Positions 53,764-61,427 of a DNA stretch of 64,000 bases are shown piece by piece. The stretch is from contig JAGOBH010000007.1 in the NCBI GenBank assembly GCA_017983495.1, positions 59,278-123,277 of the forward strand. Reading direction: 5' to 3'. The stretch is from Pyrinomonadaceae bacterium (GTDB taxonomy: Bacteria; Acidobacteriota; Blastocatellia; Pyrinomonadales; Pyrinomonadaceae). Position numbers and translations under genes: made by a program. The notes under the pieces are model-generated. The model did not search any database. It was not told the DNA's origin and saw nothing but the letters and a program-made list of their open reading frames with translations. The first letter of the stretch is position 1. Every line of letters begins with the position of its first letter.

Positions 53764-53967
53764 ATGAATGTTTTCGAAACAGATGACCGATGCCCGAAGT
53801 GCCACGAACCGAATATGAAGTCGTGGGACGAACTGACGTCGGACGAAAAGATGGTCGCCCAACGCCTGCCCGCCGCCGCCGCCTACCCACCAAGCGAACG
53901 TAAAAAACACCGCATCTGTACACGATGCTGGTTTGAGGAGACCGTCCAAAAGACAACAGTGGCCTAG
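53764..53967 (+). CDS. small zinc-ribbon protein (67 aa)
   Basis: Two CxxC pairs (CPKC ... CTRC). No Shine-Dalgarno, so coding status is moderate. Confidence 0.45.
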   Translation: MNVFETDDRCPKCHEPNMKSWDELTSDEKMVAQRLPAAAAYPPSERKKHRICTRCWFEETVQKTTVA

Positions 53968-54046
53968 GTGCGCGGCGGACTTCCGTCACTTCTTTCTCCG
54001 TTTTGCGAACTTTGCGTCCACCTCAGCGGACTTTGCGTTAACGATC

Positions 54047-54427
54047 AGTTCCACGCCGAGGCCGGAGAGTTTTTCGCAGAGAGCTTGGAGTACCAACTTT
54101 AGATGCCTATTGGGCGAATTCGAATATTCACAATTCGTCGCTTTCCTACTATTTCCTACTAAGTGGGAATCTTTAATAACGCGAATCGCTATGAACATTT
54201 GTTCTATCAATGCTTTACGCATCTGAGACAGATAACTTAGGTTAGTTGGGACAGGCTAATCGTTCCGACTGTTTGATTTAGGCCAAATGTCACACTGTCC
54301 CAGCGATTTGTCAAGTTCTTCGGCGTTTCAGCCTGTCTCGCCTTTAACCTTTTCGCTTTTTCACTCTCCCCCTTTTCACTTTGAACCTGTAACAAATGTA
54401 GTATCATAAGTGTCAAATGTGACGATG
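54047..54427. repeat. dispersed non-coding module, copy 2
   Basis: TTTCCTACTA x2 (54142-54161), then inverted AGTGGGAA, then the same downstream blocks as copy 1 through ...TTTCACTTTGAACCTGTAACAA...GTGTCAAATGTGACGATG. Lies between two convergent 3' ends. Confidence 0.75.
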
Positions 54428-54584
54428 CGTATCGAACGTAAGATATGAGTTTTTGCTTTACAGACGATCAACGATTCACCTTTCATTATTCACAATGGTC
54501 AAACCCTAACGTCTGAGCGGACCGTAAAAGGGCGAAAATGGTGACGTCGAAGTTCCGGCCCCGACATACTTCGCTTCGAAGAGC

Positions 54585-56135
54585 TCATTTTAAGCGCGTT
54601 GTGAAGTATTTGCTGACGATAGAATTCCATGGCTCCGGGATTTTCATAGCGCTTAGGTTTGCTTTAACGAGAGCTTGGCAGTCGCTATCGACGCCGCGGT
54701 CCATTTCACTCACAAACAAATTGATCTCTCGTGGAGAGCCCAGTGCCCCCAATCGAGCGGCTTCTAGCATAAACCGTTGGCCTTGCGTCTGTAGCGTATG
54801 GATACGGTCGACCACCTTGTATATGCCTCCAACTGAGGACATAGACTTTTCAGTTAATCCGAAAATGTTCCGTTTGCCCGCATCATAAAATTCGCGCACC
54901 TTAATTTCCGAAATATCGGTGTACTTTGCTCCCATCGTGGGAGCGACTGCAAGACGCTTAACCTCGGATTTTATCTGCCGCACGGCCTCAGATCGAGCGT
55001 TCTTCCAGATCCATGCGTCCGCTGCATGGTATAGGAATGATTGCTTGGCGGCTGTTAGTTCGTCTTGAGCCCGAGGTATGGACGACTTCACGAGTATTCT
55101 TAACCGCTGCGAACCGGAGGTGACCTCCGCGTCCAACTCACTTTTGATCCCGGCCGCTTTATACATTTCCTGAGCGATCTTCCCAGCTGTTGCACGCTCC
55201 TTCCCCTCTGCGTTGGCCAGGTCCCACGTATTTGAACTCCGTGCACTTCGAACTTCATCTGAGTCGGCTTCGAGTTGCGCTGCGACATCTTCGGGCGCAG
55301 CATTTAGCCGTGGCGGATTTATCTCGCCAGGTGGCGACTTTGGTATTTCCGGCCTAACGGGAATTGGTGTCACAGGTTGAGGCGTCCATGGTTCTTGATA
55401 AGGCTCAGGAATAGAAGGGCCCCATTCCAACGCGGACTCGTACGGCCCCGGAATAGCTTTTCTTGCGGTCTTTGGCGGGAGCAACACGCTGAGCAACATT
55501 ATTATGGCTTGCCTGTCTCGCTTGGAGTCGCTATCGTACGCGGCCGTCCGCTCGGCAAGCTGCCTGGCAGCCCGTTCGGTTAGTTCGAGTTGTTTTTCGG
55601 CGGCTTTCAGTTCCTCAACCAGCTTTTCACGCTCCGATTCGCGCCTAGTTATGTCCGCAATGTATCCTGCGGTGCGTGCCGGATATGTCCGGATTATGGT
55701 CTCCGACAAGGCGAGCGACGAACGTAGCTCTTCTACGCGGTAGCGGTTTCTGGCGGCATCGTTTACCAGCAATTTGTGTAGTTGGTTGGCCGCGTCCAAA
55801 AATTGCGATTCCGTATTGTGGGGAAGGTTCAGCCAGCCTTGCTTATCAAGCAGGTTATATTTATCCGACAGGGCTACCACGACCGCTCGATAACGCGAGA
55901 TGGCATTTTGCAAGGCGATCTGACGAGGATCAGGCGGCGCAGGTCGTCGCGTATTCTGATTGCCTGACGTGCAGGCGTCAGCCCCGGGCGACTGACAATT
56001 TACAAATACCTTTCTTCCATCGGGACACGTATATGAGCAACTCGTCGGCAAAGGTTGAGAAACAGTAATTTCAGCAGGGGCCGCCACAAAAATCACGATA
56101 CTGAACAGCAATTTCCAAACTCTCTTATTCAACAT
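54585..56135 (-). CDS. secreted hypothetical protein (516 aa; Cys-rich N-terminus, coiled coil, Pro-rich linker)
   Basis: Signal peptide MLNKRVWKLLFSIVIFVAAPA. No family recognised. AT-richer than the surrounding genes. Confidence 0.65.
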   Translation of the reverse strand: MLNKRVWKLLFSIVIFVAAPAEITVSQPLPTSCSYTCPDGRKVFVNCQSPGADACTSGNQNTRRPAPPDPRQIALQNAISRYRAVVVALSDKYNLLDKQGWLNLPHNTESQFLDAANQLHKLLVNDAARNRYRVEELRSSLALSETIIRTYPARTAGYIADITRRESEREKLVEELKAAEKQLELTERAARQLAERTAAYDSDSKRDRQAIIMLLSVLLPPKTARKAIPGPYESALEWGPSIPEPYQEPWTPQPVTPIPVRPEIPKSPPGEINPPRLNAAPEDVAAQLEADSDEVRSARSSNTWDLANAEGKERATAGKIAQEMYKAAGIKSELDAEVTSGSQRLRILVKSSIPRAQDELTAAKQSFLYHAADAWIWKNARSEAVRQIKSEVKRLAVAPTMGAKYTDISEIKVREFYDAGKRNIFGLTEKSMSSVGGIYKVVDRIHTLQTQGQRFMLEAARLGALGSPREINLFVSEMDRGVDSDCQALVKANLSAMKIPEPWNSIVSKYFTTRLK

Positions 56136-56544
56136 ATTCCACGCACTCCCTCATGAAATGGTCTGTCAAAGTTATAATGAAACTGTTCCGAATATACTGC
56201 GGTGGTCTTTCGAGATTAGAATGTTGACGAGTTGGGACACCCAAACCTAATACCCAACTACGTCCGTAATATTTGCCAAAAACCAAAGAGTAAACATTCT
56301 CACTAACATCTACGCCTTTCAGCAAGCCATGTCAAGAGAGAAAATCGGTGTAGAGCCTGCATACCTGCGGCACGTGCAGACGTAACATTGGCACTCGGAT
56401 CTCGCGGCGTGTGTTGCAACGGTGAGTGATACTCTGGTTAAAACCTGAAGGTACATAATGTGGCAGACCACTAGCTAAAACTAGTGGCAACTTATATCGA
56501 ATGCCTTAGATTTTATTGAAACCCCGGTGGTATCGAGATTAATG

Positions 56545-56581
56545 AAAAAAGCTGCCAGGAAATTAATCCGGGCAGCTTTTT
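56545..56581. terminator. bidirectional rho-independent terminator
   Basis: AAAAAAGCTGCC-aggaaattaatccg-GGCAGCTTTTT, 25 nt after the stop of the minus-strand gene 56606-57487. Confidence 0.7.
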
Positions 56582-56605
56582 GGGGTTTAACGATCGTCGG
56601 TGCGG

Positions 56606-57487
56606 TTACGGGGTCATCATTACGCCGAAGTCGAAGAATTTGGCGCCGATGCCGGCTCCGGTGTTGGCGTTTCCGGAGTTCATGAGCATAAATCCGTATT
56701 CGCCTTTCTTGAGGTCGCTCGATGCGGTTACCTTAAAGATGCCGTTGCCGAGGTCTTCGGCTTTGAGTCCGACGACGTATTCGTCGGAAAGGCCGCCTTT
56801 GGCTCCCCACGAATTGCTCTTCGCGATGGTGACTTCGCGGTTGTCGCTACGTTGATTGAACCGGACAAGCGTAAATTCATTTGGGGTCGAGGGAACTCCG
56901 CTCGAGGTGTTCATGCCGCCGCTCGAGACGTCCAGGTAAAAGTAAAATACCGGAGCGGTCGACTGAAGCTGCAGCTTTGCACTGCGGCCAGGAAGGTTCG
57001 TCTTTGTTTTGACCTTGCCGAGTCCGAAAGGCGTCATCGACGCTGTGAACTGGCCGCCCGTGCGGTTCTGGCCCGAAACATTGGGGTCGAGACGCGTCAT
57101 TTTGCGAACGCCATCTTTTTCTTCGTAAAGATAGATGCCATAACCGTGTTTCGACATCGGGTCGTTCGGGTCGCCGGCGGCCTCGGTCGAGGCTGCACCG
57201 GATGACGTGGTCGTTGAGCCAAGCGGACGGCCGCTCTTGGCCTCGAGCATTGCTCCGACAATGTCGTCGCCGACGCCGGCCTGTTTCAGCTTGATCAGCG
57301 AATCGGTCGAAAGGTCAAAGTTCGTCGTGGACGTCTTGATCTTGCCGATAATGATCGAACTGCTAAGCCCGGCCTTGGTGAGCGAGATGACCTCGTCGTT
57401 GGTCATCGTTTCCTGGGCGACGGCCGCCGCGGACATGACCATCACGAGCGACAGGCACATCGCGAAGATACTCAATTTTCGTTTCAT
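56606..57487 (-). CDS. secreted hypothetical protein (293 aa)
   Basis: Signal peptide. N-terminal MTNDEVISLTKAGLSSSIIIGKIKTS..FDLSTDSLIKLKQAGVGDDIVGAML module, a Ser/Thr linker, and a beta-rich C-terminal domain. Confidence 0.7.
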   Translation of the reverse strand: MKRKLSIFAMCLSLVMVMSAAAVAQETMTNDEVISLTKAGLSSSIIIGKIKTSTTNFDLSTDSLIKLKQAGVGDDIVGAMLEAKSGRPLGSTTTSSGAASTEAAGDPNDPMSKHGYGIYLYEEKDGVRKMTRLDPNVSGQNRTGGQFTASMTPFGLGKVKTKTNLPGRSAKLQLQSTAPVFYFYLDVSSGGMNTSSGVPSTPNEFTLVRFNQRSDNREVTIAKSNSWGAKGGLSDEYVVGLKAEDLGNGIFKVTASSDLKKGEYGFMLMNSGNANTGAGIGAKFFDFGVMMTP

Positions 57488-57556
57488 AGTTACTCCTCCG
57501 TAGTTCGAATTCAGTTGTTTATTTAAAAGTGTTGCTTGCCCCGGACGCGGTTTTCG

Positions 57557-58621
57557 TCATTTTCTCTTTCGCACGGACGTGTAGTTATCACGCGCACGAA
57601 TATCCAGATCTGGACGGTAAACACGGACGCGGATGAAATAGCGTCCTTCGGGCGTTCTTTCGCTGCTAGGATAATAACCCAAACTGTAAGTTTTGCGAAG
57701 CTCTTCGGCGATCTCGGCGAAGGCAGCACTGAGATTGGTAGTTGAGTCGACCCGCTGCACTCGGCCGCCGGAACGGCGAGCGATCTCGCTCAAAAACTCG
57801 CGGGCCGCTGTGTAATCCTCTTCCTTTTCGCCTTTGACGAGCGGAGCTTCGACGACGTAGGGTTTGTCGTCGTCATCGTAGAGTACCTGTGCGTCGTTGC
57901 GGCGGCTCTTTCGGACGTCGTCAAATGTGTCGTACCTGATCGGATAGATCAGGGTGTCCATCTCGTCAATGTCACGCAGAACCGAGCGTGCCGACGCCGT
58001 GACGCTGGTCGTATCGACGCCGTCGCTGAGCAGGACGATGGCTTTGCGGCCCGCAATGCCCCGAAATTTGTCGTTAATTACGGCGTCGAGCGACGAATAC
58101 AGGCTCGTGCCCGAACCGATGCGTGTGCCCTCGACAGCGTAACGCAAGGCTCTGCGGTTATCGGTCGCCTCGCACAAAATGCGGACCTTTTGGTCGAAAG
58201 CCACGATCATCACGCGGTCTTTTGCCTGCAGTTGAGCGATGAATGCCATCGCCGCCGCCTGTATCTCGTGGAGCTTGAAGACGCTCGAATAGCTCATATC
58301 GAGCAGCAGGGCAACGGTGAACGGTTCGTCGCTGTTCGAAAAATAGGCGATCTCCTGTTCCTCGCCGTTCTCAAAAATCTTAAATTCGCCGCGTTTTACA
58401 TCGGTCACTGGCCGGCCTTTGCGGGTATTGACGCGAACGGGAATTGTGACAAGGTCGGTCTCGATACGGACGATGCCGTCGTCGGGTTTGGGCTCGGGCG
58501 TTTTCGCGGGCTTTTCGCTCACCTCGCCGGAGCGGTCACCGCGTGCGACGCTCTCGGAATATTGCTTTGCACGAGCAGACTGGCCCGCGGCGGCGGCAAC
58601 GCACGCGGCGGTCAACAACAA
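57557..58621 (-). CDS. VWA domain protein (VWFA-related acidobacterial type)
   Basis: ...FTVALLLDMSYSS... MIDAS-like motif and the overall layout of acidobacterial VWA proteins. The listed start is TTG. The in-frame upstream codons L-KYRLITI (CTG at 58643-58645) would complete a signal peptide. Confidence 0.8.
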   Translation of the reverse strand: MLLTAACVAAAAGQSARAKQYSESVARGDRSGEVSEKPAKTPEPKPDDGIVRIETDLVTIPVRVNTRKGRPVTDVKRGEFKIFENGEEQEIAYFSNSDEPFTVALLLDMSYSSVFKLHEIQAAAMAFIAQLQAKDRVMIVAFDQKVRILCEATDNRRALRYAVEGTRIGSGTSLYSSLDAVINDKFRGIAGRKAIVLLSDGVDTTSVTASARSVLRDIDEMDTLIYPIRYDTFDDVRKSRRNDAQVLYDDDDKPYVVEAPLVKGEKEEDYTAAREFLSEIARRSGGRVQRVDSTTNLSAAFAEIAEELRKTYSLGYYPSSERTPEGRYFIRVRVYRPDLDIRARDNYTSVRKRK

Positions 58622-58795
58622 TATTGTAATGAGGCGGTACTTCAGAATATCGGAATTATACCCTAACCGCTCGACGCATTGGAAATTTTTGTAAAAGCTG
58701 GAACTGTGCTAACATCTCGAAATCAAATTTGTGGGGCTGCCATCGGCGGCCCATTTTCTAAATTAAACATCTATCGTTTAGGAGAATAAAAGATA

Positions 58796-59437
58796 ATGAA
58801 AAGCATTTCATTTTATCTGATGGTGTATAGTGCGTTAATGCTGACATTCGCGGCCGGAGCTGTCGCTCAGCCGTCCGAAGCACAGATAAAGAAAGATATT
58901 TCAGACGCAAAAACAGTTTCGATCACATTCGGAAAACCGGGCTCGAAACGTTGGGATTCGTCGTATTCGAAATGGATATGGACGCGTGATTATTCAACAA
59001 AGCGAAAGACCGAAGAAACGGGCGTCTTTCAGATCTCGACCGGCTACGCGGCGTACAACGCCAATGGGGCGAGCTATACATTTTGGCGTGTTTTTCCAAA
59101 CTCCAGCCGTTACGAGGGAATCCCAAACCCGACCGCGGCCGAGATCCGGGCACTGATCGACAGGTTTACGGTCAAAGAGATCTTTGGAGGCTTTCATTAC
59201 GGGAATGTTGTAGGAGAGATCGAATCTTTCGGCCCGCCAGCGGACCCGAATTTCGATTGGCACACGATGAACTCGGTTTCATTCGACCTCGTGGGTGTTT
59301 ACACGCAGAAAACGAACGGCATCGGCGGAACAGAACGCGGACAACGGACATTTCGCATCAGGCTCTATCGCGATACGCCCAAATCCGACTGGAAAAAGTT
59401 CCTCACGACGAGTGCAAATACCTGGAAAGCTCTCTAA
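58796..59437 (+). CDS. secreted hypothetical protein (213 aa)
   Basis: AGGAG upstream and signal peptide MKSISFYLMVYSALMLTFAAGAVAQ. No family recognised. Confidence 0.65.
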   Translation: MKSISFYLMVYSALMLTFAAGAVAQPSEAQIKKDISDAKTVSITFGKPGSKRWDSSYSKWIWTRDYSTKRKTEETGVFQISTGYAAYNANGASYTFWRVFPNSSRYEGIPNPTAAEIRALIDRFTVKEIFGGFHYGNVVGEIESFGPPADPNFDWHTMNSVSFDLVGVYTQKTNGIGGTERGQRTFRIRLYRDTPKSDWKKFLTTSANTWKAL

Positions 59438-59796
59438 CGGGCCTCATCGATCCCATGGAGCCTCAGGAACGACAATTTGTCCCAATAGCCGCGTTGGAAG
59501 ACGATGACGCCGTCGCGGATCTGGAAAAAGCCGCAGCCGCGGAGGCCGAGCGGGTCCCGCCATTCGAGGATCGCCCAATCGTGATCCTCGAATATGTTCT
59601 CGGGAATGCAGACCATCTCGGCGGCGGCAAACTCGGCGGCGAACATCGCACGGATAGCCGCTTTCCCGATGACGGGCTCATTGGCTACCTGATGATTGAC
59701 CGCGTCGTCCGCATAAAGAGCCGAAATGGCATCGACGTCGCCCGCGTTGAACGCGTCGATCCATTTCACCAATGTCGCTTTGGGCGTATCGGTCAT
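59434..59796 (-). CDS. NTF2-fold / SnoaL-like protein
   Basis: ...LVKWIDAFNAGDVDAISALYADDAVNHQ... is the typical SnoaL/NTF2-like N-terminus. Last gene of the minus-strand string. Confidence 0.75.
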   Translation of the reverse strand: MTDTPKATLVKWIDAFNAGDVDAISALYADDAVNHQVANEPVIGKAAIRAMFAAEFAAAEMVCIPENIFEDHDWAILEWRDPLGLRGCGFFQIRDGVIVFQRGYWDKLSFLRLHGIDEAR

Positions 59797-59804
59797 TTTC
59801 CCGT

Positions 59805-60470
59805 CTATTTCTTTAGTTCGTCCTCGATCAACGCCCGCAGGTCGGCCTCGTACAAACGTGCGAGACGGCGGCCGTTGACGAAGATAGTCGGTGTCTGGCG
59901 AACGCCGAGGCTCGCGCCGTCGCGTTTGTCACGCTCGAACTTCGGGCCAAAGCGGTTTTCCCTGATAGCCGCTTCGACCTTTGCCTGGTCGAGGCCGAGT
60001 TCCTGCGTAAATTTGGATAACATTGCCTTGGCGTCGGGCTGAGCCGACGGCGGTGCACCGTGCTTTTCGCCCCACTCCGACTGTCTTGCAAAGAGCAACT
60101 CCTGAGCCTGCCAGTACTTGCCTTGCTCGCCTGCCGCCTCAAGGAAATTGCCGGCGGCGACCGAATTGGGGTGAAACGTCATATATCTGATGACAAGACG
60201 CGTTTTGCCGTCAAATTCCTTGAGCAGCTTTTTGACCGACGGGGCAAATTCCGCACAGGATTCGCATTCTGGGTCGAGAAACTCGACGATCGTGACCTTG
60301 GCGTCGGCCGGCCCCAAAGTCGGGCTGTCTTCGCGGATCATGTTTGCGTTTGGCGTGTTAACGGGCTTGCGTTCGTTCTGAACGTTGCCGCGATAATAGA
60401 TCGAACCAAAATACGCCAGAGCCACGACGGCAATGACGATAGCACCTAAAACTAAAAATTCCTTTCGCAT
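59805..60470 (-). CDS. membrane-anchored DsbA/BdbD-family thiol:disulfide oxidoreductase
   Basis: N-terminal TM anchor, a thioredoxin fold with CxxC = CESC (FLDPECESCAEF), and ...RQTPTIFVNG. Confidence 0.85.
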   Translation of the reverse strand: MRKEFLVLGAIVIAVVALAYFGSIYYRGNVQNERKPVNTPNANMIREDSPTLGPADAKVTIVEFLDPECESCAEFAPSVKKLLKEFDGKTRLVIRYMTFHPNSVAAGNFLEAAGEQGKYWQAQELLFARQSEWGEKHGAPPSAQPDAKAMLSKFTQELGLDQAKVEAAIRENRFGPKFERDKRDGASLGVRQTPTIFVNGRRLARLYEADLRALIEDELKK

Positions 60471-60472
60471 AA

Positions 60473-60925
60473 TTACCTTTGTTTTGTTGGTTTATAGAGT
60501 AAAAGACAGATCGTTACGATGACAAATGCCGCGAGGCCCATCAGCGGTATCGTGATAAAGCCGAGCAGCTCAAGCTGGCGTGCATTGCACGGTATGCCCT
60601 CAGTACACGGAGTGATGCCCTCGGGGATCAGACCGTAATAAAGCAGATTGTGATAGATCGAGATGCACAGGCCGACGAGCGTGAGCGGCAGGGCATAGGC
60701 TTTCATACGGCCATCGCGGGTGACGATGCCGGTGCCAACGATCAGCACGAGCGGATAGATCGCGATACGCTGGTACCAGCAGAGATCGCACGCCGGCAAT
60801 TCCATCACGAGGCTGAAAAACAGGCTGCCGACCATCGAGAACAGCGCGATCAGCCAGACCGCGTACGGCAGCAGGTCATTGAAAGCCGATGTTGTGCTTT
60901 TTTCCTGTTTATCAATATCCGTCAT
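60473..60925 (-). CDS. disulfide bond formation protein B (BdbC/DsbB family)
   Basis: Four TM segments, CDLCWYQRIAIYPL (first redox pair), and a second Cys pair in TPCTEGIPC. Confidence 0.85.
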   Translation of the reverse strand: MTDIDKQEKSTTSAFNDLLPYAVWLIALFSMVGSLFFSLVMELPACDLCWYQRIAIYPLVLIVGTGIVTRDGRMKAYALPLTLVGLCISIYHNLLYYGLIPEGITPCTEGIPCNARQLELLGFITIPLMGLAAFVIVTICLLLYKPTKQR

Positions 60926-61412
60926 ATTCTTTTATCAATTCGGCCCTGATCTGATCGGGCGTCATCTTTTGTTCTTTTTGAAGTTTCAGAGCCTTGAGAG
61001 CCGAGTTCATACAGATGCCGCAAGCGGCAGCATGGTCGTCCTCGAAGCAGCTGTAGAGACTCTTGTGCCCGATGCTCTTGTCGCAGCGGCAAAAGCAGGG
61101 AAGCTGAGCGATCGTCTTTGGTATCTCGCGGACCGCGGCGTAGGCGGCACGGGTCTGTCCCTTGTAAAGGTCGGGCGACAATGTCGGCCCGAGCGACGCA
61201 AGGCTCGATTCGCCCTGATAGGCTGGCACGGGCTTTCGCGGCTTTGCCTTGAGATCAGGCTGAGCGGCATGGTCTTTGTGCGGGTCTTTATTCTCGACAC
61301 TCTTTGCGTTGTTGCCGCCGGTCGCGGCGTGATCGCTGTGGGCTGCGCAGCCCGCCATCCCGGCGATCTGGGTCGCTATCAGCGATATCAATATTATTTT
61401 CCTAAACTTCAT
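60912..61412 (-). CDS. PCYCGC-motif family lipoprotein (motif here PCFCRC)
   Basis: Lipobox-like ...IAGMAGC. LPCFCRCDKSIGHKSLYSCFEDDHAAACGICMNSAL matches the PCYCGC-domain pattern (CxCxC...GHKS...C...H...C..C). Confidence 0.75.
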   Translation of the reverse strand: MKFRKIILISLIATQIAGMAGCAAHSDHAATGGNNAKSVENKDPHKDHAAQPDLKAKPRKPVPAYQGESSLASLGPTLSPDLYKGQTRAAYAAVREIPKTIAQLPCFCRCDKSIGHKSLYSCFEDDHAAACGICMNSALKALKLQKEQKMTPDQIRAELIKEYDGY

Positions 61413-61427
61413 AAGGCCTCCTCGTAA

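Noticed and set aside
53681-53989. 103-codon N-terminal extension of the M14 peptidase ORF
   Set aside because: The extension is Arg-rich (VGRRRRRAGVGRPSFRP) and overlaps the opposite-strand zinc-ribbon ORF. A canonical signal peptide begins at the internal MKKSALL. Similar trimming was applied to ORFs 6112-7491, 5091-6083, 3443-3811, 24690-28358, 39800-42115 and 45998-47233.
56136-56605. 470-bp gene-free region with a TTGACG-18-TAATAC plus-strand promoter-like site and a terminator at 56545-56581; considered a small-RNA gene or riboswitch
   Set aside because: No signature of RNase P, tmRNA, SRP, 6S or any riboswitch class I know. The terminator is adequately explained by the minus-strand gene 56606-57487. 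The rest is adequately explained as the promoter and leader of gene 54585-56135.
59434-59437. Convergent genes share overlapping stop codons (CTAA: TAA on plus, TAG on minus)
   Set aside because: It is real but trivial. It reflects genome compaction and carries no functional implication.
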